Assembly (NCBI RefSeq): GCF_963676685.1
Contig: NC_092346.1
Coordinates: 32,922,001 to 32,986,000, forward strand
Source of the DNA: Mytilus edulis
Taxonomy: Eukaryota
Direction of reading: 5' to 3'
Length of the DNA stretch: 64,000 nucleotides
The translations under genes and the position numbers were made by a program. A model generated the notes under the pieces. The model searched no databases, had not been told where the DNA came from, and saw only the letters and a program-made list of their open reading frames with translations. This document shows positions 1 to 12,399 of the stretch, one piece after another. The first letter of the stretch is position 1; every line of letters starts with the position of its first letter.

Positions 1-3000
1 GTGTTATCAGAAATGTAAGTATCAACTGTCATGTAATCAAAGTTGTCAGTATCCAGTAATATGTTATCAAAGTTGTCAGAATCCACTTTAGTGTTATCAA
101 AGTTGTCAGAATCCACTGTAGTCTTATCAAAGTTGTCAGAATCCACTGTAGTGTTATCAAAGTTGTCAGAATTCACTGATGTTATCATAGTTGTCAGCAT
201 CCTCTGTTGTGTTATAAAATTTGACTACACATACCAAAAAATGTTACCAAAGAAGAACAGCCTCTACCTAGAAAGCTCACAACAACCATTTTATATAGAA
301 CAATATCTGAAATACAACAAAATGAAGGAAAAAAAAATATATCAATAGAAAAATAACAAAACATCTTCATTGACCATTATAAACCAGGCACTTACTATCT
401 AAGGAGGAATAATCAAGAACAAGATTGCAAATATCAAATATGAATAAAAGACCAAAAGAGCATTTCCCCAAAACCAACTGACATCAAATGTAAAACTATT
501 AAATAGGTATCAACTAGAGTGTTGTCAGTATCTACGATAATAATATCCGAGTTGTCAGTATCCACTGTAGTGTTATCAGCGTTGTCAGTATCCACTGTAG
601 TGTTATCTGAGTTGTCATTATCCAATGTAATGTTATCAGAGTTGTCAGTATCCACTGTAATGTTATCAGAGTTGTCAGTATCCATGGTAGTGGTCTCAGA
701 GTTGTCAGTATTCACTGTAGTGTTATCAGAGTTGTCAGTATACACTGTAATGTTATCAGAGTTGTCAGTATCCATGGTAGTGGTCTGAGAGCTTTTAGTA
801 TCTACTTTAGTGTTATCATGGTTGTCAGTATCTACTATAGAGTTATCAGATTTGTCAGTATCATCTAAAGTGTTATCAGAAATGTAAGTATCAACTGTCA
901 TGTAATCAAAGTTGTCAGTATCCAGTAATATGTTATCAAAGTTGTCAGAATCCACTTTAGTGTTATCAAAGTTGTCAGAATCCACTGTAGTCTTATCAAA
1001 GTTGTCAGAATCCACTGTAGTGTTATCAAAGTTGTCAGAATTCACTGGTGTTATCATAGTTGTCAGCATCCTCTGTTGTGTTATAAAATTTGACTACACA
1101 TACCAAAAAATGTTACCAAAGAAGAACAGCCTCTACCTAGAAAGCTCACAACAACCATTTTATATAGAACAATATCTGAAATACAACAAAATGAAGGAAA
1201 AAATAATATATCAATAGAAAAATAACAAAACATCTTCATTGACCATTATAAACCAGGCACTTACTATCTAAGGAGGAATAATCAAGAACAAGATTGCAAA
1301 TATCAAATATGAATAAAAGACCAAAAGAGCATTTCCCCAAAACCAACTGACATCAAATGTAAAACTATTAAATAGGTATCAACTAGAGTGTTGTCAATAT
1401 CTACGATAATAATATCCGAGTTGTCAGTATCCACTGTAGTGTTATCAGCGTTGTCAGTATCCACTGTAGTGTTATCTGAGTTGTCATTATCCAATGTAAT
1501 GTTATCAGAGTTGTCAGTATCCACTGTAATGTTATCAGAGTTGTCAGTATCCATGGTAGTGGTCTCAGAGTTGTCAGTATTCACTGTAGTGTTATCAGAG
1601 TTGTCAGTATACACTGTAATGTTATCAGAGTTGTCAGTATCCATGGTAGTGGTCTGAGAGCTTTTAGTATCTACTTTAGTGTTATCATGGTTGTCAGTAT
1701 CTACTATAGAGTTATCAGATTTGTCAGTATCATCTAAAGTGTTATCAGAAATGTAAGTATCAACTGTCATGTAATCAAAGTTGTCAGTATCCAGTAATAT
1801 GTTATCAAAGTTGTCAGAATCCACTTTAGTGTTATCAAAGTTGTCAGAATCCACTGTAGTCTTATCAAAGTTGTCAGAATCCACTGTAGTGTTATCAAAG
1901 TTGTCAGAATTCACTGGTGTTATCATAGTTGTCAGCATCCTCTGTTGTGTTATAAAATTTGACTACACATACCAAAAAATGTTACCAAAGAAGAACAGCC
2001 TCTACCTAGAAAGCTCACAACAACCATTTTATATAGAACAATATCTGACATACAACAAAATGAAGGAAAAAATAATATATCAATAGAAAAATAACAAAAC
2101 ATCTTCATTGACCATTATAAACCAGGCACTTACTATCTAAGGAGGAATAATCAAGAACAAGATTGCAAATATCAAATATGAATAAAAGACCAAAAGAGCA
2201 TTTCCCCAAAACCAACTGACATCAAATGTAAAACTATTAAATAGGTATCAACTAGAGTGTTGTCAGTATCTACGATAATAATATCCGAGTTGTCAGTATC
2301 CACTGTAGTGTTATCAGCGTTGTCAGTATCCACTGTAGTGTTATCTGAGTTGTCATTATCCAATGTAATGTTATCAGAGTTGTCAGTATCCACTGTAATG
2401 TTATCAGAGTTGTCAGTATCCATGGTAGTGGTCTCAGCGTTGTCAGTATTCACTGTAGTGTTATCAGAGTTGTCAGCATACACTGTAATGTTATCAGAGT
2501 TGTCAGTATCCATGGTAGTGGTCTCAGCGTTGTCAATATCCACTGTAGTGTTATCAGAGTTGTCAGTATACACTGTAATGTTATCAGAGTTGTCAGTATC
2601 ATCTAAAGTGTTATCAGAAATGTAAGTATCAACTGTCATGTAATCAAAGTTGTCAGCATCCAGTAATATGTTATCAAAGTTGTCAGAATCCACTGTAGTG
2701 TTATCAAAGTTGTCAGAATCCCCTGTAGTGTTATCAAAGTTCTCAGAATCCACTGTAGTGTTATCAAAGTTGTCAGAATTCACTAGTTATTCATAGTTGT
2801 GTCAGCATCCACTGTTGTTTTATAAGATTTATCAGTATCTACTGTAGTATTAACGGAATTGTCAGTATCAAGTAATATGTTATCAAAGTTGTCAGAATCC
2901 ACTGTAGTGTTAACAACGTTGTCAGAATCTCCTGTAGTGTTATCAAAGTTGTCAGAATCAACTGTAGTATTATCAAAGTTGTCAGAATCCACTAGTGTTA

Positions 3001-6000
3001 TCATAGTTGTCAGCATTCACTGTTGTGTTATAAGAGTTATCAGTATCTACTGTAGTATTAACGGAGTTGTCAGTATCCACGGTAATATTATCAAAGTTGT
3101 CCGTATCTACTGTAGTGTTATTAGAGTTGTCAGTTATCAAAGTTGTCCGTATCTACTGAAGTGTTATCAGAGTCGTAAGTATCTAATGTCATGCAATGAG
3201 AGTTGTCAGTATCTACTGTATTGTTATCAGAGTCGTCAGTATCTACTGTAGTGTTATCAAAGTTGTTAGTATCTAATGTCATGCTATCAGAGTTGTCAGT
3301 ATCTACAGCAGTGTTATCCGCATTGTAAGTATCCACTGTCTTATCAGAGTTGTCAGTATCCACTGTTGTGATATTAGAGTTGTCAGTTTCCACTGTAATG
3401 TTATCAGAGTTGTCAGTATCCACTGTAATGTTATCAGAGTTGTCAGTTTCCACTCTAATGTTATCAGAGTTGTCAGTTTCCACTGTTGTGTTATCAGAGT
3501 TTTCAGTATCCAATGTAGTGTTATCAGAGTTGTCAGTATCTAACGTCTTGATATCAAAGTTGTCCGTATCTACTGTAGTGTTATCAGAGTCGTTAGTATC
3601 TAACGTCATGATATCAAAGTTGTCCGTATCTACTGTACACAAAGTGTTATCATAGTTGTTACTAACAACTGTAGTGTTAACAGAGTCGTCAGTATCGACT
3701 GTAGTGTTATCAGAGTTGTGTGTATCTAACGTCATGATATCAAAGTTGTACGTATCTACTGTAGTGTTATCAGAGTCGTTAGTTTGTAATGTCATGCCAT
3801 GAGAGTTGTCAGTATCTACTGTATTGTTATCGGAGTCGTCAGTATCTTCTGTAATGTTTATCAGAGTTGTCAGTATCCACTGCAATGTTATCAGAGTTGT
3901 CAGTATCTATTATAGTGGTACATAGTTGTCAGTATCGACCGTAGTGTTATCAGAGTTGTAAGTATCTACTGTAGTTTTATTATAGCTGTCACTATCTACT
4001 TGGTGTTTTCAAAGTTGTCAGTATCCACTGTAGTGTTTCCAGAGCTGTAAGTATCCACTAAGTGTTTTCAGAGTTGTCAGTCTCAGCTGCAGTGTAATAA
4101 GAGTTGTCAGAATCTACTGTAGTGTAATGTTATCAGAGTTGTCAGTATATACTGTAGTGTTATCAGAGTTTTTAGTATCCACTGTAGTGTTATAAGAGTT
4201 ATCAGTATCTACTGTAGTATTAATGGAGTTGTCAGTATCCACGGCAATGTTATCAAAGTTGTCCGTATCTACTGTATTGTTATCAGAGGTGTGAGTATCT
4301 AAGGTCATGATATCAAAGTTGTACGTATCTACTGTAGTGTTATCAAGAGTCGCTAGTATCTACTGTAATGTTATCAGAGTTGTGAATATCTAACGTGATG
4401 ATATCAAAGTTGTCCGTATCTACTGTAGTGTTATCAGAGTCGTCAGTATCTATTGTAATGTTATCAGAGTTGTGAGTATCTAACGTCATGATATCAAAGT
4501 TGTCCGTATCTACTGTACACAAAGTGTTATCAGAGTTGTTACTAACTACTGTAATGTTAACAGAGTCGTCAGTATCTACTTTAATGTTTATCAGAGTTGT
4601 CAGTATCCACTGCAATGTTACCAGAGTTATTAGTATCTACTATAGTGGTACATAGTTGTCAGTATCGACCGTAGTGTTATCAGAGTTATAAGTATCTACT
4701 GTAGTTTTATAATAGTTGTCACTATCTACTTGGTGTTTTCAAAGTTGTCAGTATCCACTGTAGTGTTTCCAGAGCTATCAGTATCCACTAAGTGTTTTCA
4801 GAGTTGTCAGTCTCAGCTGCAGTGTAATAAGAGTTGTCAGAATCTACTGTAGTGTAATGTTATCAGAGTTGTCAGTATCTACTGTAGTGTTATCAGAGCA
4901 TTTAGTATCCACTGTAGTGTTATAAGAGTTATCAGTATCTACTGTAGTATTAACGGAGTTGTCAGTATCCACGGCAATGTTATCAAAGTTGTCCGTATCT
5001 ACTGTATTGTTATCAGAGGTGTGAGTATCTAAGGTCATGATATCAAAGTTGTACGTATCTACTGTAGTGTTATCAAGAGTCGCTAGTATCTACTGTAATG
5101 TTATCAGAGTTGTGAATATCTAACGTGATGATATCAAAGTTGTCCGTATCTACTGTAGTGTTATCAGAGTCGTCAGTATCTACTGTAATGTTATCAGAGT
5201 TGTGAGTATCTAACGTCATGATATCAAAGTTGTCCGTATCAACTGTACACAAAGTGTTATCAGAGTTGTTACTAACTACTGTAATGTTAACAGAGTCGTC
5301 AGTATCTACTGTAATGTTTATCAGAGTTGTCAGTATCCACTGCAATGTTACCAGAGTTATTAGTATCTACTATAGTGGTACATAGTTGTCAGTATCGACC
5401 GTAGTGTTATCAGAGTTATAAGTATCTACTGTAGTTTTATAATAGTTGTCACTATCTACTTGGTGTTTTCAAAGTTGTCAGTATCCACTCTGGTGTTTCC
5501 AGAGCTATCAGTATCCACTAAGTGTTTTCAGAGTTGTCAGTCTCAGCTGCAGTGTAATAAGAGTTGTCAGAATCTACTGTAGTGTAATGTTATCAGAGTT
5601 GTCAGTATCTACTGTAGTGTTATCAGAGCATTTAGTATCCACTGTAGTGTTATAAGAGTTATCAGTATCTACTGTAGTATTAACGGAGTTGTCAGTATCC
5701 ACGGCAATGTTATCAAAGTTGTCCGTATCTACTGTATTGTTATCAGAGGTGTGAGTATCTAAGGTCATGATATCAAAGTTGTACGTATCTACTGTAGTGT
5801 TATCAAGAGTCGCTAGTATCTACTGTAATGTTATCAGAGTTGTGAATATCTAACGTGATGATATCAAAGTTGTCCGTATCTACTGTAGTGTTATCAGAGT
5901 CGTCAGTATCTACTGTAATGTTATCAGAGTTGTGAGTATCTAACGTCATGATATCAAAGTTGTCCGTATCTACTGTACACAAAGTGTTATCAGAGTTGTT

Positions 6001-6540
6001 ACTAACTACTGTAATGTTAACAGAGTCGTCAGTATCTACTGTAATGTTTATCAGAGTTGTCAGTATCCACTGCAATGTTACCAGAGTTATTAGTATCTAC
6101 TATAGTGGTACATAGTTGTCAGTATCGACCGTAGTGTTATCAGAGTTATAAGTATCTACTGTAGTTTTATAATAGTTGTCACTATCTACTTGGTGTTTTC
6201 AAAGTTGTCAGTATCCACTCTGGTGTTTCCAGAGCTATCAGTATCCACTAAGTGTTTTCAGAGTTGTCAGTCTCAGCTGCAGTGTAATAAGAGTTGTCAG
6301 AATCTACTGTAGTGTAATGTTATCAGAGTTGTCAGTATCTACTGTAGTGTTATCAGAGTTTTTAGTATCCACTATAGTGCTATCAGAATTGTCAATATCC
6401 ATTGTAGTAGCCCATAGTTGTCAGTTTCCACAGTAACGCTATAAGAGTTGTCAATATCTATTGTAGTAGCACATAGTTATCAGTATCCACAGTAGTGTTA
6501 CCAGAGTCGTCAGTATCCACTGTAGCGTTATCATAGTTAT
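1..6540. repeat. 30-bp minisatellite array (unit ~gttgtcagtatccactgtagtgttatcaga) with higher-order repeats
   Basis: Unit repeats throughout. Near-identical ORFs recur at 43/912/1781 (869-bp period, includes a ~300-bp non-satellite spacer) and at 4114/4844/5574 (730-bp period). Confidence 0.95.
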
Positions 6541-6542
6541 TT

Positions 6543-7534
6543 ATAGGTTTCAAAACGAGTGAGAATTAGATATCGATTGATATCAACTCGAGTTATTTAA
6601 TTTCAATAATAATAAACGAGCCTATGGCGAGTTTATTATTATTGAAATTAAATAACGAGAGTTGATATCAAGCGATATCTAATTCTCACAAGTTGTTAAA
6701 CCTATTTCTCTTATGGCAAAAAGTTGTATGTGCGTGGCCTATTTGTTGCGAGTTGTGTTGCTACGGCCGTTTTTCTTTGCAACGCGTACTGATCTTTCTC
6801 TTATGGTTGGGGCCTGTTATCTAATTTGTAACAAGTGTATTGACACGTTTTTCTACAATAATTAACAAATAACTCATTGTTGCGCCTTAAAATCTTCTTT
6901 TTATCAAATTTTATTACATTCTGAAGCGGCACATAAGCCAGAAAACGCCCGGTGTTTATGTATGACACCGGAAGCATACCTATGACGTCACGCAGTGTAG
7001 GGATTAAAGAAGATAACATCTTTTCGCGGAATTTTCGCGGATTTTACACTGAAATTGTGATTGAAATTTAATTATGAATTTGTTTTGCATTAGAATAGAG
7101 ATAACTGTATTGTATTTGAAGCTTTGCGGACGTCCATCGGTAGTTTTACTGTCGCATACAGAGGGAAATTGAAATTGGAATTTGTGCCAGTTATAATGCC
7201 TTTGCTCCGTTACATAACCGTATACGGGTTCCTTTCTTTATTTCTTCGTCCATGATAAGATTTATATTAGATTATGCAGACGATAAAGCAGACGAAAATC
7301 GCGAAAACCGGAAGTAAACAATCAGTTGTCAAGAAAAAAAGTAGTCCCAGCATGACCTTTTCCAGTGAATAATGACCTGATCAACGGCCAATGAAAATAT
7401 TGGAAGTTTACGAGATAAACCAATCAAATTAACGTAATTTTGATATCACTTTTTCATATCACACTCCGTACGGTGTGATACAAAAAATATCTATTCACGT
7501 GGGAGTTAGATAACAGGCCCCAACCATAAGAGAA
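6543..7534. mobile_element. Non-coding insertion in the satellite, with a long terminal hairpin and a 29-bp inverted repeat
   Basis: Imperfect palindrome 6543-6705; perfect 29-bp inverted pair 6796-6824 / 7506-7534; satellite resumes on both sides. Confidence 0.7.
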
Positions 7535-7539
7535 TGCTA

Positions 7540-8410
7540 TATACTGTACTGTTTTCAAAGTTGTCAGTATTTATTGAAGTGTTAACAGAGTTGTCAGTAT
7601 CCACTGTAGTGTTATCCGAGCTGTCAGTATGCACTGTAATGCTATCAGAGTTGTCAGTTTCCACTCTAATGTTATCAGAGTTGTCAGTATCCATTGTAAT
7701 GTTATCAGAGTTGTCAGTATCCACTGTAATGCTATCAGAGTTGTCAGTTTCCACTCCTAATGTTATCAGTGTTGTCAATATCCACTGTAATGTTATCAGA
7801 GTTGTCAGTTTTCACTGTAATGCTATCAGAGTTGTCAGTTTCCACTCCTAATGTTATCAGTGTTGTCAATATCCACTGTAATGTTTTCAGAGTTGTCAGT
7901 ATCCACTGTAATGCTATCAGAGTTGTCAGTTTCCACTCCTAATGTTATCAGTGTTGTCAATATCCACTGTAACGTTATCAGAGTTGTCAGTATACACTGT
8001 AATGTTGTCAGAGTTGTCAGTATCCATGGTAGTTGTCTCAAAGTTTTGAGTGTCTACTTCAGTGTTATTAGGGTTGTCAGTATCCACTATAGAGTTATCA
8101 GATTTGTCAGTATCAACTTTAGTGTTATTAGAAATGTAAGTATCAACTGTCGTGTAATCAAAGTTGTCATTATCCAGTAATATGTTATCAAAGTTGTCAG
8201 TATCCAGTAATATGTTATCAAAGTTGTCAGTATCCAGTAATATGTTATCAAAGTTGTCAGAATTCACTGTGGTGTTATGATCAGAGTTGTCAGAATCCAC
8301 TGTAGTGTTATCAAAGTTGTCAGTATCCACTACAGTTTTATCAGAGTTGTCAGTTGTCTCTTAATTGATATCAGAGTTGTGTCCAGTCATATTATCAGAT
8401 TTGTCACACG
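7540..8410. repeat. Continuation of the 30-bp minisatellite
   Basis: Same gttgtcagtatccactgtaatgttatcaga unit, including some 31-bp variants. Confidence 0.93.
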
Positions 8411-8749
8411 TTTAACCAACTTTTAAGTCTGAACGACTTTCTAACATGTATATATTTATAGATCAAATATGAATAGCTACAAATAAACTCAAAGTGATAA
8501 CCATAGAAAATAATAAATGTATCCACAGACAATATTCGTAGATAATCGTGTTCTTTTCTTTTATATTCAGCATTGTTTATCTTGTTATCACAATGAAATA
8601 AATCTTATGTCTTTAATCATTGTATTGCTGTAATATTACACATTTGTAGGTATTAATTTCTGTCATACTAGTATCTTTATTTCTTCTTTTTTGTTATTTT
8701 CAGAAATAAAGTCGGTTGTATTTACTTTGTTAGGCAGATCTGTAATGAG

Positions 8750-8884
8750 TCAACCAGTTTTTGGTCAGATGTTTTGTTATCGTGTTATTTGGTTCAACCA
8801 GTTTTTGGTCAGATGTTTTGTTATCGTGTTATTTGGTTCAACCAGTTTTTGGTCAGATGTTTTGTTATCGTGTTATTTGGTTCA
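8750..8884. repeat. 41-bp tandem repeat (~3 copies; a fourth follows the insertion at 9333-9375)
   Basis: tcaaccagtttttggtcagatgttttgttatcgtgttatttggt repeated. Confidence 0.85.
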
Positions 8885-9332
8885 GGTTGCACTTTGTAAA
8901 TACAGCTGTTTCTAAAATCAAGCCTCTTTTGGGGAGTAATTGCATATTCATAGAAAATTGATTTTGTTTACATACTGGTTCCCAGTTATACTCTCTGTGT
9001 TCCATATCGCAGAGACAGAACTGGGGAATGTTACCAGTAAATAAACACGTGCATATTGTTTACATTGAAATCTGTGGTAACTTTTCATTCGAAGTAGGGG
9101 TAGTTAAGAAAATTAGTGTAAGTTTAAACTCTGAGAAGTTCAGGGCATATAAACGTTGAAAATATGCCGCACAGCCCTATATTTTGACCTTTGAAAAAAA
9201 TTGTGGTGCATATGAACTTTCAATTCTAGGATAAGATTTTTTTCAAAACTTCATAGTTAAAGTGGTACAGTTTTAGCCGTAAAAGGAGTTCCTATGGGAA
9301 ATTGCATTGTCAATATTTACATAAATGCAACC
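8885..9332. mobile_element. MITE with GG...CC termini and TTCA target duplication (Kolobok-like)
   Basis: TIRs ggttgcactttgtaaata / tatttacataaatgcaacc; ttca at 8881-8884 and 9333-9336; splits a unit of the 41-bp tandem. Confidence 0.7.
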
Positions 9333-10039
9333 TTCAGCCAGTCTTTGGTCAGATGTTTTGTTATCGTGTTATTGGGTTATTGTTATTACCTTGATATTTT
9401 GTTGAGTAAATGTTAAATCTTCCAAATCAGTGTTATTGGCATATTTATCGTTTGTCATCATGATTCGTTACTGTGCTATTATCAGATATATCGTTCGTCA
9501 ACACATTATTGTTAAAATCATGATTAGTCGGTTTATAATTGTTAGAATCAATGTGTTATTGACAAAAGTATATTTGATTTTAAGTCATTGTTATAATCTT
9601 AATAACAATCATTTTAATAACAATAATGTGTTAAATATTACTCAATGTGATATTGTTAGAATCATAATATTAGTTTTTATCATATATTTAGGAGTAAATA
9701 CAGTAGTTTTGAATATATGATAAATATCCTGCTGTTTAATCCATATCGCGCAACATTAATACGCACCCTTTATCGCATGGCTACCCCTTATCGCACACCT
9801 ACTCGGATTTACAATTAGTCAATGTGTTATTGTTGCAACCATGATATATTAGTCAATGTGTTATTGTTTTAATCATGATATTAGTCAAATGTTATTGAAA
9901 GATATGTTGTTCGCCATGATATTATTGTTAGACTCATTATTAGTTCATGTGTAATCGTTAAAAATCATTATTAGTAAATGTTTCATCGTTTTATTGTTAG
10001 ATTTGTTGTTAAGTAATATATTATTTGTTATAACCATGA

Positions 10040-11580
10040 TTCTAGTCGATGTGTTATTGTTTTAATCATAATATTAGTCAATGTGTTATTGTTAGAATCA
10101 TAATATAAGTCAATGTGTTATTGTTTTAATCATAATATTAGTCAATGTGTTATTGTTAGAATCATAATACTAGTCAATGTGTTATTGTTACAATCATAAT
10201 ATTAGTCAATGTGTTATTGTTAGAATCATAATATTAGTCAATGTGTTATTGTTTTAATCATGATATTAGTCAATGTGTTATTGTTTTAATCATAATATTA
10301 GTCAATGTGTTATTGTTAGAATCATAATATTAGTCAATGTGTTATTGTTTTAATCATGATATTAGTCAATGTGTTATTGTTAGAATCATAATATTAGTCA
10401 ATGTGTTATTGTTTTAATCATAATATTAGTCAATGGGTTATTGTTAGAATCATAATATTAGTCAATGTGTTATTGTTAGAATCATGATATTAGTCAATGT
10501 GTTATTGTTTTAATCATAATATTAGTCAATGTGTTATTGTTTTAATCATAATATTAGTCAATGTGTTATTGTTAGAATCATAATATTAGTCAATGTGTTA
10601 TTGTTTTAATCATAATATTAGTCAATGGGTTATTGTTAGAATCATAATATTAGTCAATGTGTTATTGTTAGAATCATGATATTAGTCAATGTGTTATTGT
10701 TTTAATCATAATATTAGTCAATGTGTTATTGTTTTAATCATAATATTAGTCAATGTGTTATTGTTAGAATCATGATATTAGTCAATGTGTTATTGTTAGA
10801 ATCATAATATTAGTCAATGTGTTATTGTTTTAATCATAATATTAGTCAATGTGTTATTGTTAGAATCATGATATTAGTCAATGTGTTATTGTTTTAATCA
10901 TAATATTAGTCAATGTGTTATTGTTAGAATCATGATATTAGTCAATGTGTTATTGTTTTAATCATAATATTAGTCAATGTGTTATTGTTAGAATCATGAT
11001 ATTAGTCAATGTGTTATTGTTAGAATCATAATATTAGTCAATGTGTTATTGTTAGAATCATGATATTAGTCAATGTGTTATTGTTTTAATCATAATATTA
11101 GTCAATGTGTTATTGTTAGAATCATGATATTAGTCAATGTGTTATTGTTAGAATCATAATATTAGTCAATGTGTTATTGTTAGAATCATAATATTAGTCG
11201 ATGTGTTATTGTTAGAATCATGATATTAGTCAATGTGTTATTGTTAGAATCATGATATTAGTCAATGTGTTATTGTTTTAATCATAATATTAGTCAATGT
11301 GTTGTTGTTAGAATCATAATATTAGTCAATGTGTTATTGTAAGAATCATAATATTAGTCAATGTGTTATTGTTTTAATCATAATATTAGTCAATGTGTTA
11401 TTGTTTTAATCATAATATTAGTCAATGTGTTATTGTTTTAATCATAATATTAGTCAATGTATTATTGTTAGAATCATAATATTAGTCAATGTGTTGTTGT
11501 TAGAATCATAATATTAGTCAATGTGTTGTTGTTAGAATCATAATATTAGTCAATGTGTTATTGTTTTAATTATGATATCA
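10040..11580. repeat. Homogeneous 32-bp satellite (attagtcaatgtgttattgttagaatcataat)
   Basis: Units 32 bp apart (e.g. 10201, 10233); variants tag/ttt and cataat/catgat. Confidence 0.97.
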
Positions 11581-11647
11581 TTGACAGATATATTGTTCGA
11601 CATCATATTATTGTTATACTCGTTATTGATCCACGTGTTATTAGTTA

Positions 11648-11914
11648 CAGCGGATTCCATTGAGTGTGTAGCGAAAGGTAATATCTTTGGTTAGCTTGCT
11701 TGTTAGCTGAACTGTGAAGTCATTATTAGGTCAGGTATACTACCCTCCTTTCGAAGTAGCATAGTCCAACAGACAGATCGATTGGTTTTCTGTCGGACTA
11801 GTCTATTCTTCAAGTATGGTAGTTTACCTAACCTATCAATGAATTCACGGTTCAGCTAACAAGCATGCTAACCAAAGATATTATCTTTGGCTACACACTC
11901 AATGGAATCCGCAG
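11648..11914. mobile_element. MITE with ~70-bp TIRs, flanked by TA (Tc1/mariner-like)
   Basis: cagcggattccattgagtgtgtagc... versus ...gctacacactcaatggaatccgcag; TA on both sides. Confidence 0.75.
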
Positions 11915-12399
11915 TAGTGTGTTATCGTTGAAATCACGATTAGTAATAGTTTTATCGTGTTATTGTCATATGTGTCATTAGTCATTATGTTATTGTTAAA
12001 ATCGTGATATTAGTCGATGTGTTATTGATAGAATGATGATGTTCTTCATAACGTTTTTGTTAAAATCATGATAAGTCATATGTTAGTATTTGAATCAAGA
12101 TAAGGTTGTCATTTTGTCCCTGTCATAGTTATTGCTTCTCGATGTGCTTTCGTTAAAGTATTTGTTGTGTTACTTTATATATTATGAATTCGTATTCCAT
12201 GTATCATTTGTCATTTTTTGTTGTTGCTCATAGCATTTCATTTCATAACATTATGTACTATGAATTAATATGATTATTAAATTTCAATTATTGGTATACA
12301 TTTTGTTCAAGTTAGTATCAGTGGTTATCGGATTTCTCATTAGTCATTGGGTAACTGGAAGACAAATAGATAGTTTTCACGTTCTGTGACTATTCTGTT

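Noticed and set aside
43-8330. Many ORFs of type (STVVLSELSV)n and (TTVDTDNSDN)n
   Set aside because: Expected from a stop-free 30-bp unit; open on both strands and broken by frame-shifting units. Not called as CDS.
10040-11580. CRISPR-like regular 32-bp repeats
   Set aside because: No unique spacers, eukaryotic context, no cas genes. Plain satellite.
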